Shown here in pieces: positions 1 to 12,696 of a stretch of DNA of 64,000 nucleotides. Position 1 is the stretch's first letter. The number at the start of each line of letters is the position of its first letter. The stretch covers positions 1 through 64,000 of the forward strand of contig JAUCBJ010003600.1 of the NCBI GenBank assembly GCA_032718475.1, read 5' to 3'. The DNA comes from Nemertoderma westbladi (taxonomy: Eukaryota > Animalia > Xenacoelomorpha). Position numbers and translations under genes: made by a program. The notes beneath the pieces are model-generated. The model was given only the letters and a program-made list of their open reading frames with translations, was not told the DNA's origin and ran no database searches.

Positions 1-190
1 CAGAGTTCAGTTACATTAAAGAGTATATCCAACTAATGCAGCTTTTTCTCAACCGCAACCCTGCATCTCAGAAATCATTCCTTCTCCACAATCAATATCC
101 GGTGACTGGCCGGGGCTCGGTGGTCTGTAAAGTCACGTCTCCAGCATCGGTGTTTCCCCCCCCCCCCCTGGTGTAGGGATAACGGCAACA
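1..190 (+). repeat. possible 3' part of the 5' LTR of the BEL/Pao element
   Basis: ATTAAA at 16-21 and a segment ending ...GGCAACA (190) upstream of gag; no second LTR in the window to confirm. Confidence 0.3.
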
Positions 191-669
191 AAATTGAGAA
201 TAATTACGGTCAATTTTGACAGGGTGTCAAAATTGAGAGTAAAACGCGGCCAACTTCAACTGGTGGAAGTTGAGAATCCTTCAATACTCTTCAAAACTCT
301 CTACGTGCTTGCCAGCACCCACTACGAGGAAACTCTGGTATTTGAGTTAAGACGAAGTCGTGGTTTTATTAATCAACAAACTCGATCTAACAATTTGAGT
401 TAAGACAAAGTCGTGGTTTTATTAATCAACAAACTCGATCTAACCAACTCGTAGTTGGCAGATCACATATTTGGAGAGTTGTTAACAGGGAATGGAAGTA
501 TCGATCACACCCATTGATATAATCCAAGTTGAGCCAGGAATCTGGCACGTCGAAGTTGAAGTACAAGGAACAAACGTCGGACGATTCAGGATTACCGTTC
601 GGGTGGTCCAAGCTGAGTACAATACCTACGAGGAACTGTTTTATGACTAGCTATCGACGAGGCGCTACA

Positions 670-3600
670 ATGACGACCAATAACGTATCCGATACCGACG
701 AGATGGATCACCACACAGACTCGGAAGCCGACGAGGTACCAAACGTAAAAAACATGACCCGTTGGCTAGGGGCTCTCAAAGGCGGAGTAACCCGAGCGTA
801 TCAACGGATAGAGAAACAACTCAAGGGAATCAAAATCCCCCTCAACGAGATACAAACTCAGCTTCAAAGTATCTGAAATATCCTACAGCGGTACGAAAGA
901 ATGATACAGGCGTACCAAGAGCTAGTTACCTCCACTGATCAGGAAAACTACCCCAAGTTAGAAGAACACGTTGTACATCTAGATGGGTTCCGCAAACAAC
1001 ACCGTAGGACCCTCAGCCTTGTGAGTGGCTATGAAGAACAGTACTACAAGAGAGCTGAAAGAACAGACGCGGAATCAGTACGATCCTCCAGCATCAGGAC
1101 AGCAGTACATCGAAAGAGAACGGGGTCCTCGAGAAACCAGCACTCCAGCGCTCGGAGCGCGGTGTCCGGTTCAGCACACAGCTCTCAAGGGGGTCAACCA
1201 CTCCGAGACCAGCTACGAGAACGGAAGGCATTAGCCCTCAAAGCTCGGATGGAAGATGAGTATGTTCAACTACAAACCGAGCAAGATATATTAGCCGCCG
1301 AAATGCAAAAACAAGAGGCCGAACAAGAGGTCGAACGACGGGTTGAACAACGCAGACAGGAGGTCAGACAGGAGGTCAAACAACGTGAACGAGAGGCCAA
1401 ACAAGAGATCGAACAACGTAAATGGGAAGCAGAAATGCGTAAACAACACGCCGAGGCCCAAGCAATTCTCACTCACAAAAAGAATGCGGATATTGCGAAA
1501 CTTGCGGAATACGAAGCCGCGCTTATAGAACGAGATATTCAACTATACGAGGACTGGGAAAGGGATATAGATCAGAACTATGCACCCATACCGGTACCGG
1601 AATTAGAGAAGTCATTAACGACACCGGCGGTGAAACCTCCGAAACCCGAGTTCCCGCCTATCATACAGTCGGCGCTATCGGCACAAGCGCCGGTGTTCCA
1701 TCCCCCACCGGTTACGCCTAAAAATGAGGAACCGTATTTCCCATCCAACCCCACCATAGCGAGTGTACCCAAGTACGAGCCTGAAAGGGACTCGGAACGG
1801 GACGCCACTCCGCGTTCCAACAACCCGTTTACATCCACACCACAAACTCGTAAACACGTCATCATTAAGACTCCACCTATCATTGATCCATCGAGTATGG
1901 GAGTGAGTGCCAATAACTATAATCCTCCGAGTCACTCCAGTTCCGACGACGTCGGTATTATCCGGGCATTGGAAAACCGCCTTGCCATGCCCAAAATGGA
2001 GATCCGCACCTTCGAAGGAGACCCCGTCGATTACCTCAGATTTAAGAAACGGTTCTTTGCGCAGATTGGATCAACGGACATAGCCGACGCACAGAAACTG
2101 GTATATTTATCGCAATACCTGGGTGACAAACCACGCCGAATCATCGCATGTTTTGAGGGAGGTTCTCATGAGGCATACTATGACGCAAGGAAAACTCTAG
2201 ATAAAAGATACGGAAATACCGGAACTATAATTAATAAAACTCTGGAGAGACTGATACAGGACGCAGGATCACTAGGGGACCCACAGAACATCCAGGAATT
2301 CTCCGACTCTATGAAGGATGCCTACTATACTCTGAAACCCTTAAATAAGGAGAACCAGGTGAACAACATTCTAAATCTCTGACAGATCGCCCGGAAGTTC
2401 CCCGGATGGCTACAAAGTAAGTGGGCCTATAAATGCGTAGATCTCCGGCGCAGACATCCAGATCGAGATCCCAGCTTCCTTGAAATGTCGGCATTCCTGG
2501 ACGATATCTCCGAAGCCATGAATGACTCGATGTTTTCAAAACAGAGTCTCGCCAAGTTGGACGGAATAGAGAGCAACTCCAGGAGTAAGATACCCCCTCC
2601 GAAACCAAGATTCCGCCCCCCACCGGTGAGTACGATGGCCATCACCATGGCCGAGGATTCCAACGATGAAGACTACGAGGAACCGACATCCGCCGAGGAA
2701 TGGGCATGTTATCTCGCGAATTGGGCACCCGAGAGGGAAGGCATCACAAACTCCCTGCTATGTCTCTTCTGCAGAGAGAAACATAAAGTTGAATTCTGCA
2801 GGAAGTTCCAGTTTGCCGAACTCGTCCCACGCTTCGAAGCGATTATGAAACACCGAGGATGCTTCCGGTGTCTTGGAACAGGTCACTACGTTCGGGATTG
2901 CAACCAAAGGTCGTGTTGTGCGGTTTGTAACGACCTACGTCATCACAAGCTCCTCCACATCCCCGCGAACTTTGACTTCAATACCCTCCCCTTTCGGATT
3001 GAAACAAAGCGAAGAGGAGAAACGAACCACGTTTCCAAAGGAACCCGGATTACCCAACGGAGAGAAACCAATCCGTTTAAAATCTCCACCGATAAACCAC
3101 AAGTAACCAACATTTCAGCCACGATTAATCTTATAAATCGCCGCTACATGGTCTTCGCAAAGGTAATCCCGGTAAGGATTCAGGGAATCGGCAAATCCCT
3201 GACGACGCTCGCGTTCCTTGATAACGGGTCTGACGGAACCATCATCGACCGGGATTTCCTCGAGCAACTCGGCCTAGAATATGAACCTTGTAAATGGCCC
3301 ATACAAACCATCACCGATAACAGAGAGGTAGAGTCTGGGGAGGTGCAACTCCAAATGGAAGGAGTAATGAAGGGCTACGAGACAATCAGCCGAGTACGCC
3401 CCCCTCATACAATTGGACCGAGACGATGTAGATCTGAGGTGTCTGCAGTTGGACGTAAACCGCATCACCCTACTGATCGGACTTGATACACCGGAATTAC
3501 ACATACCTACCGGAGATGTCGCCCGATCCATAAAGAAGGATGACGGCTTTTACGCTGAACGAACAATAATGGGATGGACCCTCTGCGGCATCAAGGAAGA

Positions 3601-4050
3601 AACTACTACTGACACCTATACATATCTTCCTAAATGTCAGATTAAAGAAAATGTAACATCCGTGGGATATTGCTCAGCTACAGACCTCGATGAGGATTTA
3701 TTTCTCGAGACCGAAAAAACCCAGCGAGAGATGACTAAATACTTTAATCTAGAGACCCAAGAGTTTGCTGAAAAGAACAAAAACCCGTCCGAGGAAGATC
3801 GATATTGTATGGATGTTCTGGACCAGGCCACGTTCAACAACGGACACTGGTGTTCACCCATGTTATGGAAGGACCCGAATAAACCAATGGCAAACAACGC
3901 TAACATGGCCCTTAGGCGACTTAAGGGCATTCTCCGCCGGCTGAATGACCAACCCGAGATAAAGGAGAAATATAATACCGTAATCCAAGGATATCTCGAC
4001 GATGGATTAGCAGAAATGGTACCACGGAATGAACTGCAAGGAGGCAAAAG
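670..4050 (+). mobile_element. BEL/Pao LTR retrotransposon, degraded gag-pro-(partial RT), 3'-truncated
   Basis: Gag-like PKMEIRTFEGDPVDYLRFKKRF; three BEL-type Cys/His knuckles (CLFCREKH, CFRCLGTGHYVRDC, CAVCNDLRHHKLLH); aspartic protease AFLDNGSDGTII; pre-RT segment ALRRLKGILRRL..YNTVIQGYLDDG. ORFs 529/670-876, 901-2382 and 2485-3486 are one frame broken by TGA stops, then frameshift to 3413-4084. Similarity ends near 4050. Confidence 0.9.
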
Positions 4051-4227
4051 AACATCACTATGCCTGTGCCAAAACATTCCATGATTTATAGACTATGAGA
4101 TAGATTTCCATATGCGCCTGTGGTAAAAAGACTCTATATTTAATAGTTTGTGGCTGTTGTCGATAATCGATTACCACATGACGTAGCAAAACACTCATTT
4201 TATAGCCAAAAACAATTACCAATTGAT

Positions 4228-5445
4228 GGAAAGGAGCAGGTTAAGGCCGAGTTTTCTAACCAAAACAATAAACAGTCACTTTACCAAATCAGGGAAAGGA
4301 GCAGGTTACAGAGACGACAATAAACGATCACTTAACTAATTGAGGGAAAGGAGCAGGTTACAGAGGCGGGATTTTCTAACCAAAACAATAAACGATCACT
4401 TAACTTATTCAGGAAAAGGAGCAGGTTACAGAGGCGGGATTTTCTAACCAAAACAATAAGCGATCATTTAACTAATTGAGGGAAAGGGACAGGTTACAGA
4501 GGCGGAATTTTCTAACCAAAACAATAAACGATCACTTAACTAATTGAGGGAAAGGATCAGGTTACAGAGGCGGGATTTTTTAACCAAAACAATAAACGAT
4601 CATTTAACTAATTGAGGAAAAGGGGCAGGTTACAGAGGCGGGCCTTTCTAACCAAAACAATAAACGGTCACTTTACCAATTCAGGGAAAGGAGCAGGTTA
4701 CAGAGGCGGGATTTTTTAACCAAAACAATAAACGATCATTTAACTAATTGAGGGAAAGGAGCAGGTTACAGAGGCGGGCCTTTCTAACCAAAACAATAAA
4801 CGGTAACTTTACCAATTCAGGGAAAGGAGCAGGTTACAGAGGGGGGATTTTCTAACCAAAACAATAAACGATCATTTAACTAATTGAGGGAAAGCAGCAG
4901 GTTACAGAGACAGGATTTTCTAACCAAAACAATAAACGATAACATTACCAATTGAGAGAAAGGAGCAGGTTACAGAGGCGGGATTTTCTAACCAAAACAA
5001 AAAACGGTCACTTTACCAATTCAGGGAAAGGAGCAGGTTACAGAGGCGGGATTTTCTAACCATAACAAAAAACGGTCACTTTACCAATTCAGGGAAAGGA
5101 GCAGGTTACAGAGGCGGGATTTTCTAACCAAAACAATAAACGATCATTTAACTAATTGAGGGAAAGGAGCAGGTTACAGAGACGGGATTTTCTAACCAAA
5201 ACAATAAATGATAACATTACCAATTGAGAGAAAGGAGCAGGTTACAGAGGCGGGATTTTCTAACCAAAACAATAAACGATAACATTACCAATTGAGGGAA
5301 AGGAGCAGGTTACAGAGGCGGGATTTTCTAACCAAAACAATAAACGATCACTTAACTAATTGAGGGAAAGGAGCAGGTTAAGGCCGGATTTTCTAACCAA
5401 AACAATAAACAGTCACTTTACCAAATCAGGGAAAGGAGCAGGTTA
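4228..5445 (+). repeat. 68-bp tandem satellite, ~18 copies
   Basis: Unit gggaaaggagcaggttacagaggcgggattttctaaccaaaacaataaacgatcacttaactaattga with variants. Confidence 0.95.
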
Positions 5446-5487
5446 TCCGTAACACTACTCAGACAGTAGTCATGATCCATTATTGAT

Positions 5488-6554
5488 AGTAGTAAGATGA
5501 ACCCCTTTTCGGCGACAGTTAGACCCACTTCGCACCTTGGGTGTTAAGTAGGTCATTAATTAATTAAACAATTACTTAATTGGTCGATTAAACAATTAAT
5601 TAATTGTTTAATCAATCGATTTGTATCAAATAATTTTGCCAAAGTCAATTTAATTTGATACAAATCAATCATATAGGGACGCGAGATGAATAAATTGTAC
5701 TACAGCAAACGAAATATACAATACTATAGGCACTGTGCAATACAATATACAGTACATTTGTATTATTTTTGCCATACAGTAGGTAAAGGTAGAATGAAAT
5801 ATAAACATGCGAGCGGGGCCCAAAACATAAATTACCCTCACACGATAATAAAATGGGCCAGTTTGGCCCTGGTTCAATCCCTCAATAATCTACCGCTGCT
5901 CGGGCTCTTATTAGATGTAGCATGACTAACCCCAACATCGAATTTTATACTGTACGCCAACGCGCGGATGGGGCCTGCCACAGAGTTTAAATTATTCAAA
6001 CCTCCAGCTTCGCTATTACATCAATTCGCCCGAGAAATTATAATAAACATCTGCTCTTGCAATAGATTGCATTCTTTCGCATTGTACTTTATGAAGCAGT
6101 CCACGCGCGTATTAGCTCAACAACAAAGCCATCACCCAAACGCCATGTGTCAAATTAACCCCCTACCATCTCTATACTATGGTAGATACTGTAGTTTTTT
6201 GTTTGAAGTAATTTCAGATGCTCTAGTGTAACATTAATTAACATACCAATTCTGACGCAGCAACCCATTCATTACACGCACTTTTCTCCGGCGCACTAAT
6301 GTTTTACATTTAATGAACCCAATGAAATGTGTTTATTATTCCCGCAATCCAATAGCGCGTCTCTCTCCCCCTCTTTTTTATTTCTATTGGTTTCCCTCAA
6401 GCTTCACTTTTATTTTCATTGGTTACCCTTTCCCTTATAAACCCCCATCCATCGCTTTGAACTTTACTTACAAAAATATTATCGACCATTTTACTTTTTA
6501 TTTAATGTTATAATACATTTATTGTTATTCATAATATTATATTTTCTTCAAGAT
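5488..6554 (+). repeat. Polinton left terminal inverted repeat (~1.07 kb)
   Basis: Reverse complement of 20802-21910; near-identical at the tip, imperfect inside. Confidence 0.93.
6345..6445 (+). promoter_or_regulatory. Putative TIR-embedded Pol II promoter (CCAAT/ATTGG boxes and TATAAA); mirrored at ~20915-21010 on the minus strand
   Basis: ccaat at ~6349, attgg at ~6386 and ~6418, cccttataaacccc at ~6432-6445; the same motifs in the right TIR lie upstream of ORF 20803-19064. Confidence 0.5.
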
Positions 6555-6690
6555 TGTTATTCATTATACATTTATTATTATAAATAATATATTGTTGCAA
6601 ACATTTATAACATCAATGTGATTTGATTTTCCTTCTTATTATTCCTAATCGAGCAATTTTCTTTTTCCAATACCACGAATCAATCTGCAG

Positions 6691-6815
6691 GTAAGAAAAA
6701 TAAATTTGTATTTTTATGAATTCGTTTAGTTTTAACATTATTGCCTCAAAATAAATACCAACCCCGCGAAACCTTCCCAAACTTATTATTATTATTTAGT
6801 TTTTTTATTTTATAG
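6691..6815 (+). other. Probable 5'-UTR intron of pPolB
   Basis: CAG|GTAAGA donor at 6691; T-rich tract and TATAG| acceptor ending 6815, 5 nt before ATG 6821. Confidence 0.6.
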
Positions 6816-6820
6816 CAAAC

Positions 6821-9800
6821 ATGCCTATGTCATCAAAATTCGTTGACTGTCCTGTCTGCAATAAGAACATGCGTAGCGATCATCTCAACAAACATCTCGG
6901 AACTCATTTTAAACAATATTCATGCGATTGTTGTGACACCTGGTCCTCTGATAAGAAAACTATGGTTAGCCATCTAGCGCTATGTACGCAAGGTGGGACT
7001 GGGTTCAGATTTATCAATGAAGAAAACACTTGCAAATGTGGCGAATCATTCACTTTATCAGCCTTTAAAGAACACGATTGCTATACGCGACTCTTCTCTC
7101 GGAAACGCAAACAATCTCAAGCGCTTTTGTCACCACCACCTCCACCAAACATTCAATCTCCAAGGGTTGGCCCTTCTACTTCAAGACAACAGACTGGAGG
7201 TTCAACCAACAACCCATTTTTACCATCCGTGAATAGCTCATCCCACAACCGCTTATTTACATATACAAATACGTTACTTACACCACAATTAGATGTAGAG
7301 TTAACACTTAGAGAAAATGAAAGTTATATTTGGGATAGAGTGAGTCAACATTTTAATAATGAATTTAATTTTATAAAAGTTTGGTTAACTATTTCTATCT
7401 TAATGGAAAGGGAGACATCTGAGGGTACTCAATTAGAAACCTTCAGTTTCAAATCAAACGCTTCAAATAATCAAATAACTTCTAATTTAGATTTTGAAAA
7501 CTGGTTTTCGCAAACTATCCAACAAATAGATGAATTAATAGCAGTCTTTGTTTGCATGGGCAGTGGTTGGAATATTGTTTCAATTAAAGAAATCAATTTA
7601 CAAATTTATACCTTCAATCGCAACCCCTATTTCAAAGGACGTGGTGGTGGTTATATTCCTAAAATTTTAGCAAAGAAGCAGTGCATTATTAACTTAGATT
7701 GTCCCATCGGGGAATGTTTTAAGTACGCAGTAGTCGCTGCCGCTTGTTATAAAAAAATTGAAAGAAAGAAACAAAACATTAGTCGATTGTCAACATATAC
7801 TCCATACATGACCATGTTTGATTTCAGTACTGTGAGTTTCCCAGTAGATAGAGTAGTAGGCATCCCATGTTTTTTAGAAAGCAACCCTTTGTACTGCATT
7901 AATTTATTATTTTGGAGTACTGATAACATATTGAGCATTCTATCACAACCAGATTCAGAACATTGCTTCCAAAAAACTGTTTTAAATTTAATGTTTATAG
8001 AAGGAAATCAAAAAAATTCAGGACATTACTGCGCAATTGTCAACCTAAATAGACTTATTAATAAAACAGGACAAGGGGACAAAAAAATTTGTGAGCGTTG
8101 TTTGAGAGCTTTTTATACTATTAACTCATTGCAAACTCATCGGGAACTATGTTATACGAGCAAACGACAATTGGAACAAATGCCTACACCTGACAAATTA
8201 AAAATTAAATTCAATCGATTAGATAAGACTTTATCCCCTCCCTTTTGCATATATGCCGATATTGAAAGTGTTTTAGAACCTACATCAAACCCTAAATTAG
8301 TTCAAAAGCACATTGCTAGCGCCGCCGCATTTTATACAGTACCCAATCGCGAGCTAATAAATCCCCCGCAAACATCATTACAAATGTTTAGAGACACTGG
8401 AACAAACCATGTTATAGACGATTTTCTCACCGCTCTCGAATCACACTGTAGGGAATTATACGAGTGGACTATTTCTGGTACAAACACCAATGTTCCTAAA
8501 CATTTGACTCGAGCACAGCAACAAAATTTTGATAATGCTACAAACTGTTACACTTGTAACTGTTCTCTAACCCCTGATTCATATGGACTGAATCTAGCAG
8601 AAAATCTCAATACTAAAGTTTGTGACCACAACCATCTAACGGGAGCCTATCGTGGGGCGGCATGTGTTAGTTGTAACCGCAAACTTTCTCTTAAACGCAA
8701 TAAATTTTATGTAGTGCTACACAACCTGAGGCATTACGATTCCCATTTAATCTTAAAAGAAGGTCTGAAAAACAGTTCTAGAACTCATTGGAAGATAAAT
8801 GTAATTCCAAAGAACACTGAGACTTATATCAATATAGAAATATCATTTCCCATAGACAAAACCATGCAGACAGCAAATGCAAAAGAAAGTATTGTCATCA
8901 ATCTTCTAGACTCTCTACAGTTCATGACAGCTAGTCTAGATAAGCTCAGTAGTTATCTTACTGCAAACAATTCTGATCTAACAAAAGCTATCCCACACAC
9001 TTTGAAACAAATGAAAAATCTTTATCCCAATATTAGCGATTCCACTATTAAAAATAAAGGTATATTTCCTTATAGCTATATACAATCCATAACAAACTTA
9101 TACGAAACTCAATTACCACCAATCGAGAGTTTCTATAATGATTTACAGCTTGAAGACTGTAGCGAGCATAACTATCAGCGTGCCCAAACTAGTTGGGTTG
9201 AGCTTCAATGTCAAAACATATTTGATTATATGATGGGGTACTTGGCTCTAGATGTCACACTTCTTGCGGATACTTTCCAACAGTTTAGGGAACTATGTTT
9301 CTCCAATTATGGGTTAGATCCTCTGCATTATTATACTTCACCGGGGTTAACGTACGATGCGGCATTGAAATTTACAAACAGTGAAATTGAACTACTATCT
9401 GATGGAACTATTTACGCAGATTTTGAAAATAATATTCGCGGAGGGCTTGTATTTCTGAATACACACTTAGAGGAAGCTAATATACCTGGCAAACCAGAAT
9501 ACAACCCCTGTAAACCAGAAAAATACCTAATTCCTCTCGATGCAAATAACCTTTATGGTTCTGCTCTCTCTCAGAAGCTCCCCTGCAGTAATATGAAAAT
9601 TGTCGATACACCAATAGATCTGGCTACAGTTGATGCCACTGGGTCAGTAGGATATTACTGCATCGTTGACCTCGAATACCCCCGAGAGATCCACGACGAA
9701 ACTGCTGACCTACCACTAGGAGCGGAAAAAATGTCCATTCCCAAGAGCTTTCTTAGTACATACATGCAAGACCTCTGGCAACATTATAATCTCAATGATC

Positions 9801-10853
9801 AAGGGACTTATAAGCAATATAATGAGAAATATAGTAAACTGATTCTTCATCAATTCAAAAAAACTAATTATGGTATTCATATAAAATTACTCCAATTATA
9901 CTTAAAATTAGGACTTCAAATAACACAGGTGCATAAAGTATACTCATTCACTCAAAAATACATATTCAGAGACTATATCTCGTTTAATACATCCAAACGA
10001 CAATCCGCTAAAAATGCATTCGAAGTTTTATTTTATAAACTACTCAACAACTCACTCTATGGGAAAAGTCTTCAGAAGGTACGAGACCGGTTATCATTCC
10101 GACTCTGTACATCCCCAGAACAGTGCGACCTGCTATTATCAAAACCAAATCATGAGCGCTTCATCTCATTCTCCCCCTATCTCAGTGGTCACACTTTTAC
10201 TAAAGAAGTAGCAGTACTCAATCAAGCTGTTAGATCTTTCAAAGCTAGAGATGTATGATTACTATTACTGTAAACTGAAACCTCTCGAAGAAAAGCTGAG
10301 ATGTGAAATTCGAGCCTTAGCCGGGGACACAGACAGTTTCTTTCTTTCGGTTACCGGTGTTGAGCACAAATTATTCCTAGAAGCCATGTTTAACTCCGGC
10401 TTTCTAGACACTTCAAATTACGATCCCTCACGACATCTCTTTACAAATCAAAACAAGGCTTCCTTAGGTTTTTTGAAAGATGAAAGTAGAGGTCTATTAT
10501 ACAAATCATTTGTATTTTTGAAACCGAAAATGTATTCATTCGAGGCATACGACGCGCAACCAAAGCGGACTTGCAAAGGAATTTCAAAAAATATTGTAGC
10601 CAAGCAATTAACATATAAACACTATTTAGACTGTTTTATCAACGAATCAACAGATTACACAAACAATACAATATTTACTTCTAAGGAGCATCAAATGTTT
10701 ACAGGGAGAATAAAAAAAAAAACATTAAGTCTCTGGGATACAAAATCATTCTGGATGACGAAATATTACAGTAGACCATATGGCCACTATATTACAGGAT
10801 TAACTAAACCAGCAAAAAAAACTGTAATACCACCATATTTAGTTGCAGAATAA
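6821..10853 (+). pseudogene. Protein-primed DNA polymerase B (Polinton pPolB) with N-terminal C2H2 finger and endonuclease-VII-like insert; frameshifted near 10230
   Basis: ExoI YADIES, ExoII HNLRHYDSHLI, ExoIII YLALDVTLLAD, motif A LDANNLYG, motif B KLLNNSLYGK, motif C AGDTDSF (ORF 10251-10853); DHNHLTGAYRGAACVSCN. A short deletion joins ...VLNQ to out-of-frame LLDLSKLEMYDYYY. Confidence 0.95.
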
Positions 10854-11379
10854 AATACCATACAAAGCAAGCAGCGGATCAACACCAATTCAAATAATCA
10901 ATCGTCAATATACAGCTCAAACTGAATTTCCAATTGATATAATCAAAGTTTCTCAACAACTAAAAGGTCAGATGCGACAAAAACCAAAAATGTTTGTGTA
11001 TAAGACTGGATCTGCGACAATTATGCTATTCCCAACTGGTTCAATAACAATAGTGGGTCCATGTAAAAATGTTTGTAGTGATTTACTTTATCTGAAACAA
11101 TGTACCAACATACTAATTAAGAAAATTAAATTAAATACAGTGACCAGACTAATTAAGTTACCATCTCTTAATTTTAAATCATTAAGTAAAAAGTGTGGAC
11201 ATCATTTTGTAAACAATGTAAAGGTATATATTGATTTTACACCGGAGCTCTTTTGTGGAATTCGGTTGTATATTGGGCGATGTTATTTCAGTGTCTTTCA
11301 CTCAATGAAAGTTATAAGTATGTGTCCTGTTGGTGATTTTGAAGAAGCTCTTATTATATTATTTAGTTTATTGAATTAA
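10843..11379 (+). CDS. TATA-binding-protein (TBP)-like two-repeat protein; start uncertain (TTG or spliced)
   Basis: Repeat 1 IQIINRQYTAQTEFPIDI...ATIMLFPTGSITIVG; repeat 2 IKLNTVT...FTPELFCGIRL...FSVFHSMKVI; compare TBP KIQNMVGSCDVKFPIRL / YEPELFPGLIY / TALIFSSGKMVCTG. Confidence 0.7.
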   Translation: MQNKIPYKASSGSTPIQIINRQYTAQTEFPIDIIKVSQQLKGQMRQKPKMFVYKTGSATIMLFPTGSITIVGPCKNVCSDLLYLKQCTNILIKKIKLNTVTRLIKLPSLNFKSLSKKCGHHFVNNVKVYIDFTPELFCGIRLYIGRCYFSVFHSMKVISMCPVGDFEEALIILFSLLN

Positions 11380-11915
11380 TAAGTAAAATTATCTCTCAAT
11401 ATACTATATGTCATTATACTGTATGTGCGGTTTTATATATTTATGTGATTATACTGTCTCTCAATATACTATATGTGATTATATTATCTCTCAATATACT
11501 ATATGTCATTATACTGTATGTGTGGTTTAATATATTTATGTGATTATACTGTACGTGGTTCTATATATTCATGAAAGATATAGTTTTATTAAATTTATGT
11601 AAAAAATATATTGATTTATATTTTTAATAACATCTTACCTTGAGAACAATTCTCCCAAGTAATGGGGACCCACCTCTCCTCACCAAACCCTTCCCGAAAA
11701 AAAGTCCGTAAGGCCAAGTTTTACTGCACTTGTTCTCCATTGAGTGATTAGTTGTTAAACTGGTGAATTCAATATATAAATTTAAATATTTACTAAAGCC
11801 GCTAGATGGCCTGCATTTGTGATGCGAATATTAGTTTCATATTATACTGTATAAACGTTAAAAGTCAATTATTATTTTAATAAATATAATAATAATTGTA
11901 TTATAAAAGGAAAAC

Positions 11916-12545
11916 ATGATGAATATAGTAGATATGCGGTTTCGTTTTGGTATTACAATATTAATAGCCGGTCCTAGTGGTAGTGGAAAAACTTCTTTTT
12001 TGGAGAAAATGTTATTAAATAGGAAATTGATCTTTAACGAAACCCCAAACAGTATTACTTGGTTTTATGGACAGACGAAACCAATAATTAAAGGGGTTAA
12101 TATTACCGCTTTAAATGAAATTCCAGAACACTTTAATGAAAATGTGAAAAACCATTCTATCATTATAATCGACGATTTGATGACAGAACTACAAAATTCC
12201 AAACAAGCGACTACGCTATTTACTAAAGTAGCTCGACATACAAATTCATTGGTAATTTTTCTCACTCAAAACCTTTATCAAAAAGGAGGAGAATCTAGGA
12301 CCCGTTCCATTAATTCCACTTATTTCTTATTGTTCAAAAATCCAAGGGATCAGACACAGATAAGAACTTTAGCCTATCAGATGAAACCAAATACCCCCAA
12401 ATTCTTAATCGCGGCATTTCAAGACGCAACAAAGGTTCCCTTTTACCCACTTCTTATTGATTTTCATCAATTAACGGATGATAGCCTTCGTATACGTGGG
12501 TATTTATTTACAAATGAACATTGTGTTTATCAACCCATGTCGTAA
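11916..12545 (+). CDS. A32/FtsK-like genome packaging ATPase
   Basis: Walker A GPSGSGKT, Walker B IIIIDD, ARH..FLTQN, FKNPRD motifs typical of Polinton ATPases. Confidence 0.95.
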   Translation: MMNIVDMRFRFGITILIAGPSGSGKTSFLEKMLLNRKLIFNETPNSITWFYGQTKPIIKGVNITALNEIPEHFNENVKNHSIIIIDDLMTELQNSKQATTLFTKVARHTNSLVIFLTQNLYQKGGESRTRSINSTYFLLFKNPRDQTQIRTLAYQMKPNTPKFLIAAFQDATKVPFYPLLIDFHQLTDDSLRIRGYLFTNEHCVYQPMS

Positions 12546-12558
12546 TATACGTAGAAGA

Positions 12559-12696
12559 ATGCTTCTATTAGCAATTGTCTGTTATTTAGTTATATTATAC
12601 TTATTTGTGGTTTATCATCGACAAAGGTTTCTTAAATTTCTTAATATTATAGAACAAGTATGGAACTTAATATACGAAAGTATAGGAAAGAACTAG
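12559..12696 (+). CDS. Small putative single-pass membrane protein of the Polinton
   Basis: MLLLAIVCYLVILYLFVVY hydrophobic helix followed by basic residues; fills the gap between ATPase and the next gene. Confidence 0.35.
   Translation: MLLLAIVCYLVILYLFVVYHRQRFLKFLNIIEQVWNLIYESIGKN

Noticed and set aside
4228-5445. Regular repeat next to a viral element, superficially CRISPR-like
   Set aside because: The variable parts are recurrent variants of one unit, not unique spacers; eukaryotic context and no cas genes
10225-10260. Programmed frameshift in pPolB
   Set aside because: Conserved residues expected between LNQ and LLDLSK are missing, indicating a deletion rather than recoding
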